From contig CP068257.2 of NCBI GenBank assembly GCA_009914755.4, forward strand, positions 8,192,001 to 8,256,000: a stretch of 64,000 bases of DNA, read 5' to 3'. This DNA is from the human T2T-CHM13v2.0 reference genome, Homo sapiens. This document shows, one piece after another, positions 1-12,460 of the stretch (its first letter is position 1; each line of letters begins with the position of its first letter). Below the pieces are notes generated by a model. The model saw only the letters and a program-made list of their open reading frames with translations. It made no database searches and had not been told where the DNA came from. A program made the position numbers and the translations under genes.

Positions 1-52
1 GCTTCTGTCTAGTTTTTATGTGAATATATTTCCTTTTCCACTATAGGCCGTC
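1..52. repeat. 3' end of a preceding HOR copy (partial)
   Basis: Sequence 1-52 matches the last ~52 bp preceding the phase point in every other copy (e.g. 16657-16708). Confidence 0.8.
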
Positions 53-3000
53 ATGCGCTCCAAATATCCACTTGCAGATTCTACAAAAAGACTGTTTCCA
101 AACTGCTCAATCAAAAGAAAAGCTCAACTCTGTGAGTTGAATGAGCACATCACAAAGAAGTTTCTCAGAATGCTTCTATCTAGTTTTTATGTGAATATAT
201 TTCCTTTTCCACCACAGGCCACAAACCCTCCAAATATCCACTTGAAGATTCTACAAAAAGAGTGCTTCAAAAATACTCAATCAAAAGAAAGGTTCAACTC
301 TTCGAGATGGACGCACACATCACAAAGAAGCTTCTCAGAATGTTTCTGTCTAGTTTTTTTGTGAAGATATTTCCTTTTCCACTGAAGTCCTCAAGTCTCT
401 CCAACTATCTACTTTCAGAATCTCCAAAAAGAGTGTTTTAAATCTGCTGTACCAAAGAAAGTTTCATGTCTGAGATATGACTGCATACAACACAGAGAAC
501 TTTCTCAAAGTGCTTCTGTTTATTTTTCTTATGAAGATATTTCCTTTTCCACTATGGGCCACAGAGCGCTCCAAATATCCACTGGCAGATTCTACAAAAA
601 GAGTGTTTCAAAACTGCTCAATCAATAGAAAGTTTGAAGTCTGTGAGATGAATGTGCACATCACAAAGGAGTTTCTAAGAATGCTTCCATCTGAATTTTA
701 TGTGAGGATATTTCCTTTTTCACCATAGGCCTCAATACACTCCAAATATCCATTTACAGATAATACAAATGACTGTATCCAAACTGCTCAATCAAAAGAA
801 AGTTCAACTGTGCATGATGAATGCACACATCACAAGGGTGTTTCTCAGAAAGATTTTGTCTTGTTTTTAGGTGAAGATATTTCTTATTTCCCCAGAGGCC
901 TCAATGGGCTCTCAAATATTCCCTTTCATATTCTACTAAATGACTGTATCGAAGCTGCTCAATCAAAAGACGGGTTTAACAGTGTGAGACGAAAATACAC
1001 CTTCCTAGGAAGTTTCTCAGAATTCTTCTTTCTAGTTTTTTATGTGAAGATATTTCCTTTTCCACTATAGGCCTCAAAGCGTTCCAAATATCCAATTGCA
1101 GATACTACAAATAGAGCGTTTCAAAACTGCTCAATCAAAAGAAAGGTTCAACTCTGTGAGATGAATGCAGACATCAAAAAGAAGTTTCTCAGAATGCTTC
1201 CGCCTTGTTTTTATGTGAAGATATTTCCTTTTTCACCATAGGCCTCAAAGCACTGGTAATATCCATTTGTAGATACTACAAAAAGACTGTTCCCAAACTG
1301 CTCAATAAAAAGAAAGTTTCAACTCTATGAGATAAAAGCTAATATCACAAAGAAGTTTCTCAGAAACTTTCTATCTAGTTTTTATGTGAACATATTTCTT
1401 ATCACCCCATAGACCTCAATCGGCTCACAAGTATCCTTCTGCAGATTGTAAAAAACTACTGTTTCCAAACCGCTCAATCACAGGAAAGGTTTAACTCTGT
1501 GAAATGAATGCATCCATCACAGAGAAGTTTCTCAGAATGCTTCCGTCTCGTTTTCATGTGAAGAAGATTCCTTTTCCACCATATTCCTCATGCGCTCCAA
1601 ATAAACACTTGCAGATTCCGCTAAAAGAGTGTTTCAAAACTGCTCAATCAAAAGAAAGGTTCTAGTCGGTGAGATGAATGCACACATCACAAAGAAGTTT
1701 CTATGAATGCTTCTGTCTGATTTATATTGAAGATATTTCCTTTTTAACCGTAGGCCTCAGAGTGCTTAAAATATCCATTTGCAGATACTAGAAAAGACTG
1801 TTTCCAAACTGCTCAATCAAAATAAAGTTCAACTCAGTGAGATGAATGCACACATCACCAAGACGTTTCTGAGAAAGATTCTGTCTCGTTTTTATGTGAA
1901 GATATTTCCTGTTTCTCCAGAGGCATCAATGGGCTCACAAACATTCCTTTGCTATTCTACAAAATGACTGTTTAGAAGGTGCTCAATCAAAAAAAAAGTT
2001 CAACAGTGTGAGATGAATGCGCCCATTCAAAGGAAGTTTCTCAGAATTCTTCTATCTAGTTTTTATGTGAAGATATTTCCTTTTTCACTATAGGCCACAA
2101 AGTGCTCCAAATATCCACTTGCAGACTCTACAAAACGAGTGTATCCACACTGCTCAATCAAAAGAAAATTTCAACTGTGTGAGATGAATGCACACATCAA
2201 AATAAATTTCTCCAAAACTTCTGCCTACTTTTTATGGGAAGATATTTCGTTTTTCAACGTAGGCCAAAAGCACTCCAAATATCAATTTGCAGATTCTACA
2301 AAAAGACTGTTTCCAAACTGCTCAATCAACAGAAAGTTTCAACCCGGTGAGTAGAAGTCACACATGACAAAATAGTTTCTCAGAAGGTATCTGTCTAGTT
2401 TTTATGTGAAGATATTTCCTATCACCCCAGAAGCCTCAATGGGCTCACAAATATTCCTTTGCAGATTCTACAAAACGACAGTTTCAAAACTGCTGAATCA
2501 AAAGAAAGGTTCAACTCTGTGAGATGAATGCACAGATCACAAATAAGTTTCTCAGAATGCTGCTGTCTAGTTTTTATGGGAAGAGATTTCCTTTTCCACC
2601 ATAGGCCTCAAAGCTCTCCAAATAGCCATTTGCAGATACTGTAAAAAGACTGTTTCCAAACTGCTGAATCAAAAGAAAGGTTGAACTCCATGAGTTGAAT
2701 GCACACGTCACAAAGAAGTTTCTCAGAATGCTTCTGACTAGTTTTTATGTGAAGATATTTTCTTTTCCACCATAGGCCTCAAAGCGCTGAAAATATCCAC
2801 TTGAAGATTCTACAGAAAGAGAGTTTCAAAACTGCTCAAACAAAAGAAAGATTCAACTCTGTGAGATGAATGCACACATCACAAAGAAGTTTCTCAGAAT
2901 GCTTCTGTCTAGTTTTATGTAAAGATATTTCCTTTTCTACTATAGGCCACAAAGCATTCCAAATATCAACTTGCAGATTCTGCAGAAAGAGTTTTTCAAA

Positions 3001-3966
3001 GCTGCTCAATCAAAAGAAAAGTTCAACTCTTTGAGATGAATGCACACATCATGAAGTTCCTCAGAATGCTTCTATTTTTATGTGAAGATATATCCTTTTC
3101 TACCATAGACCACAAAACTCTCCAAATATCCCCTTGCAGTTTCTACTAAAAGAGTGTTTCCAAACTGCTCAATCAAAAGAAAGTTTCAACTCTGTGAGAT
3201 GAATGCACACATCATTAAGAAGTTTCTCAGTAATTTTCTGTCTAGTTTTTATGTGAAGATATTTCCTTTCCTACTATAGGCCTGAAAGTGCTGCAAATAT
3301 CCGTTTGCAGATACTGCAAAAAGACTGTTTCCACACTGCTCAATCAAAGGAAATGTCCAACTCTGTGAGTTGAATGCACGCATCTCAAAGAGATTACTTA
3401 TAATGATTCTGTCTAGTTTTGATGTGAAGATATTTGCTTTTCCACCAGTGGCCTCAAACTCTCCAAATATCCACTTGCAGATTCTACAATAAGAGTGTTT
3501 CAAAACTGCTCAATCAAAAGAAAGGTTCAACACTGTGAGATGAATGCACACGTCACAAAGCACTTTCTTAGAATGCTTCTGTCTAGCTTTTATGTGAAGA
3601 TATTTCCTTTTTCACCATAGGCTGCAAAGCGCTCCAAATATCCCTTTCAGATTCTACAGAAAGAGTGTTTCAAAACTGTTCAATCAAAAGAGAAACTCAA
3701 CACTGGTGATGAATGCACGCATCACAAAGCAGTTTCTCATAATGTTTCTGTCTAGTTTTTATGTGAAGATATTTCATTCTCCACTATAGGCCGTAATGCA
3801 CTCCTAATATCCACTTGCAGATTCTACAAAAAGACTGTTTGCAAACTGCTCAAACAAAAGAAAAGTTCAACTCTGTGAGTTGAATGAGCACATCACAAAG
3901 AAGTTTCTCAGAATGCTTCTGTCTAGTTTTTATGTGAATATATTTCCTTTTCCACTATAGGCCGTC
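53..3966. repeat. HOR copy 1, 23-mer, 3914 bp, haplotype I
   Basis: Copy defined from the 'atgcgctccaaatatccac' phase point at 53 to the next at 3967. The variant set matches copies 5, 6 and 9 (e.g. '…caaaaatactcaatc…', 'ttctcttatgaag'). Confidence 0.85.
2588..2604. other. Example pJalpha-type motif (ttccttttccaccatag; consensus TTCCTTTTYCACCRTAG) occupying the monomer position where CENP-B boxes occur in B-box-containing alpha satellite
   Basis: Exact 17-bp match to the pJalpha consensus. Similar or identical motifs recur in about half of the monomers of each HOR copy. No CENP-B box (TCCCGYTTCCAACGAAR in this orientation) is found in the window. Confidence 0.6.
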
Positions 3967-6900
3967 ATGCGCTCCAAATATCCACTTGCAGATTCTACAA
4001 AAAGACTGATTCCAAACTGCTCAATCAAAAGAAAAGCTCAACTCTGTGAATTGAATGAGCACATCACAAAGAAGTTTCTCAGAATGCTTCTATCTCGTTT
4101 TTATGTGAATATATTTCCTTTTCCACCACAGGCCACAAACACTCCAAATATCCACTTGAAGATTCTACAAAAAGAGTGCTTCAAAAATGCTCAATCAAAA
4201 GAAAGGTTCAACTCTTTGAGATGGATGCACACATCACAAAGAAGCTTCTCAGAATGTTTCTGTCTAGTTTTTTTGTGAAGATATTTCCTTTTCCACCGTA
4301 GTCCTCAAGTCTCTCCAAATATCTACTTTCAGAATCTCCAAAAAGAGTGTTTTAAAACTGCTGTACCAAAGAAAGTTTCATGTCTGAGATATGACTGCAT
4401 ACAACACAGAGAAGTTTCTCAAAGTGCTTCTGTTTATTTTTTTTATGAAGATATTTCCTTTTCCACTATGGGCCACAGAGCGCTCCAAATATCGACTTGC
4501 AGATTCTACAAAAAGAGTGTTTCAAAACTGCTCAATCAATAGAAAGTTTGAAGTCTGTGAGATGAATGCACACATCACAAAGGAGTTTCTAAGAATGCTT
4601 CCATCTGAATTTTATGTGAGGATATTTCCTTTTTCACCATAGGCCTCAGTACACTCCAAATATCCATTTACAGATAATACAAATGACTGTATCCAAACTG
4701 CTCAATCAAAAGAAAGTTCAACTGTGTATGATGAAGGCACACATCACAAGGCTGTTTCTCAGAAAGATTTTGTCTAGTTTTTAGGTGAAGATATTTCTTA
4801 TTTCCCCAGAGGCCTCAATGGGCTCTCAAATATTCCCTTTCATATTCTACTAAATGACTGTATCGAAGCTGCTCAATCAAAAGACGGGTTTAACAGTGTG
4901 AGACGAAAATACACCTTCCTAGGAAGTTTCTCAGAATTCTTCTTTCTAGTTTTTTATGTGAAGATATTTCCTTTTCCACTATAGGCCTCAAAGCGTTCCA
5001 AATATCCACTTGCAGATACCACAAATAGAGCGTTTCAAAACTGCTCAATCAAAAGAAAGGTTCAACTCTGTGAGATGAATGCAGACATCAAAAAGAAGTT
5101 TCTCAGAATGCTTCCGCCTAGTTTTTATGTGAAGATATTTCCTTTTTAACCATAGGCCTCAAAGCACTGGTAATATCCATTTGCAGATACTACAAAAAGA
5201 CTGTTCCCAAACTGCTCAATAAAAAGAAAGTTTCAACTCTATGAGATAAAAGCAAATATCACAAAGAAGTTTCTCAGAAACTTTCTATCTAGTTTTTATG
5301 TGAACATATTTCTTATCACCCCATAGACCTCAATCGGCTCACAAGTATCCTTCTGCAGATTGTAAAAAACTACTGTTTCCAAACCGCTCAATCACAGGAA
5401 AGGTTTAACTCTGTGAAATGAATGCATCCATCACAGAGAAGTTTCTCAGAATGCTTCCGTCTCGTTTTCATGTGAAGAAGATTCCTTTTCCACCATATTC
5501 CTCATGCGCTCCAAATAAACACTTGCAGATTCCGCTAAAAGAGTGTTTCAAAACTGCTCAACCAAAAGAAAGGTTCTAGTCGGTGAGATGAATGCACACA
5601 TCACAAAGAAGTTTCTATGAATGCTTCTGTCTGATTTATATTGAAGATATTTCCTTTTTCACCGTAGGCCTCAGAGTGCTTAAAATATCCATTTGCAGAT
5701 ACTAGAAAAGACTGTTTCCAAACTGCTCAATCAAAATAAAGTTCAACTCAGTGAGATGAATGCACACATCACCAAGACGTTTCTGAGAAAGATTCTGTCC
5801 CGTTTTTATGTGAAGATATTTCCTGTTTCCCCAGAGGCATCAATGGGCTCACAAATATTCCTTTGCATATTCTACAAAATGACTGTTTAGAAGGTGCTCA
5901 ATCAAAAAAAAAGTTCAACAGTGTGAGATGAATGCGCCCATTCAAAGGAAGTGTCTCAGAATTCTTCTATCTAGTTTTTATGTGAAGATATTTCCTTTTT
6001 CATTATAGGCCACAAAGTGCTCCAAATATCCACTTGCAGACTCTACGAAACGAGTGTATCCACACTGCTCAAACAAAAGAAAATTTCAACTGTTTGAGAT
6101 GAATGCACACATCAAAATAAATTTCTCCAAAACTTCTGCCTACTTTTTATGGGAAGATATTTCGTTTTTCAACGTAGGCCAAAAGCACTCCAAATATCAA
6201 TTTGCAGATTCTACAAAAAGACTGTTTCCAAACTGCTCAATCAACAGAAAGTTTCAACCCGGTGAGTAGAAGTCACACATGACAAAATAGTTTCTCAGAA
6301 AGTATCTGTCTAGTTTTTACGTGAAGATATTTCCTATCACCCCAGAAGCCTCAATGGGCTCACAAATATTCCTTTGCAGATTCTACAAAAAGGCAGTTTC
6401 AAAACTGCTGAATCAAAAGAAAGGTTCAACTCTGGGAGATGAATGCACAGATCACAAATAAGTTCCTCAGAATGCTGCTGCCTAGTTTTAATGGGAAGAG
6501 ATTTCCTTTTCCACCATAGGCCTCAAAGCTCTCCAAATAGCCATTTGCAGATACTGTAAAAAGACTGTTTCCAAACTGCTGAATCAAAAGAAAGGTTGAA
6601 CTCCATGAGTTGAATGCACACGTCATAAAGAAGTTTCTCAGAATGGTTCTGACTAGTTTTTATGTGAAGATATTTTCTTTTCCACCATAGGCCTCAAAGC
6701 GCTGAAAATATCCACTTGAAGATTCTACAGAAAGAGAGTTTCAAAACTGCTCAAACAAAAGAAAGATTCAACTCTGTGAGATGAATGCACACATCACAAA
6801 GAAGTTTCTCAGAATGCTTCTGTCTAGTTTTATGTAAAGATATTTCCTTTTCTACTCTAGGCCACAAAGCACTCCAAATATCAACTTGCAGATTCTGCAG

Positions 6901-8213
6901 AAAGAGTTTTTCAAAGCTGCTCAATCAAAAGAAAAGTTCAACTCCTTGAGATGAATGCACACATCATGAAGTTCCTCAGAATGCTTCTATTTTTATGTGA
7001 AGACATATCCTTTTCTACCATAGACCACAAAACGCTCCAAATATCCCCTTGCAGTTTCTACTAAAATAGTGTTTCCAAACGGCTCAATCAAAAGAAAGTT
7101 TCAACTTTGTGAGATGAATGCACACATCACAAAGAAGTTTCTCAGAATGCTTCTGTCTAGTTTTATGTAAAGATATTTCCTTTTCTACTATAGGCCACAA
7201 AGCACTCCAAATATCAACTTGCAGATTCTGCAGAAAGAGTTTTTCAAAGCTGCTCAATCAAAAGAAAAGTTAAACTCTTTGAGATGAATGCACACATCAT
7301 GAAGTTCCTCAGAATGCTTCTATTTTTATGTGAAGATATATCCTTTTCTACCATAGACCACAAAACGCTCCAAATATCCCCTTGCAGTTTCTACTAAAAG
7401 AGTGTTTCCAAACGGCTCAATCAAAAGAAAGTTTCAACTCTGTGAGATGAATGCACACAACATTAAGTAGTGTCTCAGTAATTTTCTGTCTAGTTTTTAT
7501 GTGAAGATATTTCCTTTCCTACTATAGGCCTGAAAGTGCTGCAAATATCCGTTTGCAGATACTGCAAAAAGACTGTTTCCACACTGCTCAATCAAAGGAA
7601 ATGTCCAACTCTGTGAGTTGAATGCACGCATCTCAAAGAGATTACTTCTAATGATTCTGTCTAGTTTTGATGTGAAGATATTTGCTTTTCCACCAGTGGC
7701 CTCAAACTCTCCAAATATCCACTTGCAGATTCTACAATAAGAGTGTTTCAAAACTGCTCAATCAAAGAAAGGTTCAACACTGTGAGATGAATGCACACGT
7801 CACAAAGCACTTTCTTAGAATGCTTCTGTCTAGCTTTTATGTGAAGATATTTCCTTTTTCACCATAGGCTGCAAAGCGCTCCAAATATCCCTTTCAGATT
7901 CTACAGAAAGAGTATTTCAAAACTGTTCAATCAAAAGAGAAACTCAACTCTGGTGATGAATGCACGCATCACAAAGCAGTTTCTCATAATGTTTCTGTCT
8001 AGTTTTTATGTGAAGATATTTCATTCTCCACTATAGGCCGTAATGCACTCCTAATATCCACTTGCAGATTCTACAAAAAGACTGTTTGCAAACTGCTCAA
8101 ACAAAAGAAAAGTTCAACTCTGTGAGTTGAATGAGCACATCACAAAGAAGTTTCTCAGAATGCTTCTGTCTAGTTTTTATGTGAATATATTTCCTTTTCC
8201 ACTATAGGCCATC
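3967..8213. repeat. HOR copy 2, 25-mer, 4247 bp (dimer duplication), haplotype II' (shares variants with edge copies 13-16)
   Basis: Phase point to phase point is 4247 bp. It contains two tandem 333-bp dimer units (6778-7443). SNVs such as 'caaacactccaaat' and 'ctttgagatggatgcac' are shared with copies 13-16. Confidence 0.85.
6778..7443. repeat. Tandem duplication of 333-bp alpha-satellite dimer (units 6778-7110 and 7111-7443) defining the 25-mer HOR variant; same event at 11025-11690, 15272-15937, 19520-20185
   Basis: The 'gagatgaatgcacacatcacaaagaagtttctcagaatgcttctgtctagttttatgtaaag…' unit starts at 6778, 7111 and 7444. In 23-mer copies the corresponding interval (e.g. 2863-3195) has one unit only. 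The two units differ at about 5 positions. Confidence 0.85.
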
Positions 8214-11200
8214 ATGCGCTCCAAATATCCACTTGCAGATTCTACAAAAAGACTGTTTCCAAACTGCTCAATCAAAAGAAAAGCTCAACTCTGTGAGTTG
8301 AATGAGCACATCACAAAGAAGTTTCTCAGAATGCTTCTATCTAGTTTTTATGTGAATATATTTCCTTTTCCACCACAGGCCACAAACCCTCCAAATATCC
8401 ACTTGAAGATTCTACAAAAAGAGTGCTTCAAAAATGCTCAATCAAAAGAAAGGTTCAACTCTTCGAGATGGACGCACACATCACAAAGAAGCTTCTCAGA
8501 ATGTTTCTGTCTAGTTTTTTTGTGAAGATATTTCCTTTTCCACCGTAGTCCTCAAGTCTCTCCAAATATCTACTTTCAGAATCTCCAAAAAGAGTGTTTT
8601 AAAACTGCTGTACCAAAGAAAGTTTCATGTCTGAGATATGACTGCATACAACACAGAGAAGTTTCTCAAAGTGCTTCTGTTTATTTTTTTTATGAAGATA
8701 TTTCCTTTTCCACTATGGGCCACAGAGCGCTCCAAATATCGACTTGCAGATTCTACAAAAAGAGTGTTTCAAAACTGCTCAATCAATAGAAAGTTTGAAG
8801 TCTGTGAGATGAATGCACACATCACAAAGGAGTTTCTAAGAATGCTTCCATCTGAATTTTATGTGAGGATATTTCCTTTTTCACCATAGGCCTCAGTACA
8901 CTCCAAATATCCATTTACAGATAATACAAATGACTGTATCCAAACTGCTCAATCAAAAGAAAGTTCAACTGTGCATGATGAATGCACACATCACAAGGGT
9001 GTTTCTCAGAAAGATTTTGTCTTGTTTTTAGGTGAAGATATTTCTTATTTCCCCAGAGGCCTCAATGGGCTCTCAAATATTCCCTTTCATATTCTACTAA
9101 ATGACTGTATCGAAGCTGCTCAATCAAAAGACGGGTTTAACAGTGTGAGACGAAAATACACCTTCCTAGGAAGTTTCTCAGAATTCTTCTTTCTAGTTTT
9201 TTATGTGAAGATATTTCCTTTTCCACTATAGGCCTCAAAGCGTTCCAAATATCCACTTGCAGATACCACAAATAGAGCGTTTCAAAACTGCTCAATCAAA
9301 AGAAAGGTTCAACTCTGTGAGATGAATGCAGACATCAAAAAGAAGTTTCTCAGAATGCTTCCGCCTAGTTTTTATGTGAAGATATTTCCTTTTTAACCAT
9401 AGGCCTCAAAGCACTGGTAATATCCATTTGCAGATACTACAAAAAGACTGTTCCCAAACTGCTCAATAAAAAGAAAGTTTCAACTCTATGAGATAAAAGC
9501 AAATATCACAAAGAAGTTTCTCAGAAACTTTCTATCTAGTTTTTATGTGAACATATTTCTTATCACCCCATAGACCTCAATCGGCTCACAAGTATCCTTC
9601 TGCAGATTGTAAAAAACTACTGTTTCCAAACCGCTCAATCACAGGAAAGGTTTAACTCTGTGAAATGAATGCATCCATCACAGAGAAGTTTCTCAGAATG
9701 CTTCCGTCTCGTTTTCATGTGAAGAAGATTCCTTTTCCACCATATTCCTCATGCGCTCCAAATAAACACTTGCAGATTCCGCTAAAAGAGTGTTTCAAAA
9801 CTGCTCAACCAAAAGAAAGGTTCTAGTCGGTGAGATGAATGCACACATCACAAAGAAGTTTCTATGAATGCTTCTGTCTGATTTATATTGAAGATATTTC
9901 CTTTTTCACCGTAGGCCTCAGAGTGCTTAAAATATCCATTTGCAGATACTAGAAAAGACTGTTTCCAAACTGCTCAATCAAAATAAAGTTCAACTCAGTG
10001 AGATGAATGCACACATCACCAAGACGTTTCTGAGAAAGATTCTGTCCCGTTTTTATGTGAAGATATTTCCTGTTTCCCCAGAGGCATCAATGGGCTCACA
10101 AATATTCCTTTGCATATTCTACAAAATGACTGTTTAGAAGGTGCTCAATCAAAAAAAAAGTTCAACAGTGTGAGATGAATGCGCCCATTCAAAGGAAGTG
10201 TCTCAGAATTCTTCTATCTAGTTTTTATGTGAAGATATTTCCTTTTTCATTATAGGCCACAAAGTGCTCCAAATATCCACTTGCAGACTCTACGAAACGA
10301 GTGTATCCACACTGCTCAAACAAAAGAAAATTTCAACTGTTTGAGATGAATGCACACATCAAAATAAATTTCTCCAAAACTTCTGCCTACTTTTTATGGG
10401 AAGATATTTCGTTTTTCAACGTAGGCCAAAAGCACTCCAAATATCAATTTGCAGATTCTACAAAAAGACTGTTTCCAAACTGCTCAATCAACAGAAAGTT
10501 TCAACCCGGTGAGTAGAAGTCACACATGACAAAATAGTTTCTCAGAAAGTATCTGTCTAGTTTTTACGTGAAGATATTTCCTATCACCCCAGAAGCCTCA
10601 ATGGGCTCACAAATATTCCTTTGCAGATTCTACAAAAAGGCAGTTTCAAAACTGCTGAATCAAAAGAAAGGTTCAACTCTGGGAGATGAATGCACAGATC
10701 ACAAATAAGTTCCTCAGAATGCTGCTGCCTAGTTTTAATGGGAAGAGATTTCCTTTTCCACCATAGGCCTCAAAGCTCTCCAAATAGCCATTTGCAGATA
10801 CTGTAAAAAGACTGTTTCCAAACTGCTGAATCAAAAGAAAGGTTGAACTCCATGAGTTGAATGCACACGTCATAAAGAAGTTTCTCAGAATGGTTCTGAC
10901 TAGTTTTTATGTGAAGATATTTTCTTTTCCACCATAGGCCTCAAAGCGCTGAAAATATCCACTTGAAGATTCTACAGAAAGAGAGTTTCAAAACTGCTCA
11001 AACAAAAGAAAGATTCAACTCTGTGAGATGAATGCACACATCACAAAGAAGTTTCTCAGAATGCTTCTGTCTAGTTTTATGTAAAGATATTTCCTTTTCT
11101 ACTCTAGGCCACAAAGCACTCCAAATATCAACTTGCAGATTCTGCAGAAAGAGTTTTTCAAAGCTGCTCAATCAAAAGAAAAGTTCAACTCCTTGAGATG

Positions 11201-12460
11201 AATGCACACATCATGAAGTTCCTCAGAATGCTTCTATTTTTATGTGAAGACATATCCTTTTCTACCATAGACCACAAAACGCTCCAAATATCCCCTTGCA
11301 GTTTCTACTAAAATAGTGTTTCCAAACGGCTCAATCAAAAGAAAGTTTCAACTTTGTGAGATGAATGCACACATCACAAAGAAGTTTCTCAGAATGCTTC
11401 TGTCTAGTTTTATGTAAAGATATTTCCTTTTCTACTATAGGCCACAAAGCACTCCAAATATCAACTTGCAGATTCTGCAGAAAGAGTTTTTCAAAGCTGC
11501 TCAATCAAAAGAAAAGTTAAACTCTTTGAGATGAATGCACACATCATGAAGTTCCTCAGAATGCTTCTATTTTTATGTGAAGATATATCCTTTTCTACCA
11601 TAGACCACAAAACGCTCCAAATATCCCCTTGCAGTTTCTACTAAAAGAGTGTTTCCAAACGGCTCAATCAAAAGAAAGTTTCAACTCTGTGAGATGAATG
11701 CACACAACATTAAGTAGTGTCTCAGTAATTTTCTGTCTAGTTTTTATGTGAAGATATTTCCTTTCCTACTATAGGCCTGAAAGTGCTGCAAATATCCGTT
11801 TGCAGATACTGCAAAAAGACTGTTTCCACACTGCTCAATCAAAGGAAATGTCCAACTCTGTGAGTTGAATGCACGCATCTCAAAGAGATTACTTCTAATG
11901 ATTCTGTCTAGTTTTGATGTGAAGATATTTGCTTTTCCACCAGTGGCCTCAAACTCTCCAAATATCCACTTGCAGATTCTACAATAAGAGTGTTTCAAAA
12001 CTGCTCAATCAAAGAAAGGTTCAACACTGTGAGATGAATGCACACGTCACAAAGCACTTTCTTAGAATGCTTCTGTCTAGCTTTTATGTGAAGATATTTC
12101 CTTTTTCACCATAGGCTGCAAAGCGCTCCAAATATCCCTTTCAGATTCTACAGAAAGAGTATTTCAAAACTGTTCAATCAAAAGAGAAACTCAACTCTGG
12201 TGATGAATGCACGCATCACAAAGCAGTTTCTCATAATGTTTCTGTCTAGTTTTTATGTGAAGATATTTCATTCTCCACTATAGGCCGTAATGCACTCCTA
12301 ATATCCACTTGCAGATTCTACAAAAAGACTGTTTGCAAACTGCTCAAACAAAAGAAAAGTTCAACTCTGTGAGTTGAATGAGCACATCACAAAGAAGTTT
12401 CTCAGAATGCTTCTGTCTAGTTTTTATGTGAATATATTTCCTTTTCCACTATAGGCCATC
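8214..12460. repeat. HOR copy 3, 25-mer, 4247 bp, haplotype II
   Basis: 4247-bp period; essentially identical to copy 4. Confidence 0.85.

Noticed and set aside
53-364. 103-aa ORF 'MRSKYPLADSTKRLFPNCSIKRK…' recurring ~15 times (3967, 8214, 12461, …, 60960) that could be mistaken for a multicopy gene family
   Set aside because: It recurs at exactly the HOR period and spans two alpha-satellite monomers. Substitutions between copies show no codon-position bias, and the ORF simply reflects chance stop-free stretches in AT-rich satellite. The same holds for the MTAYNTE, MHDECTHH, MQILEKTVSK, MYPHCS, MTCAFNSW(-) and MKHSYCRICKW(-) families.
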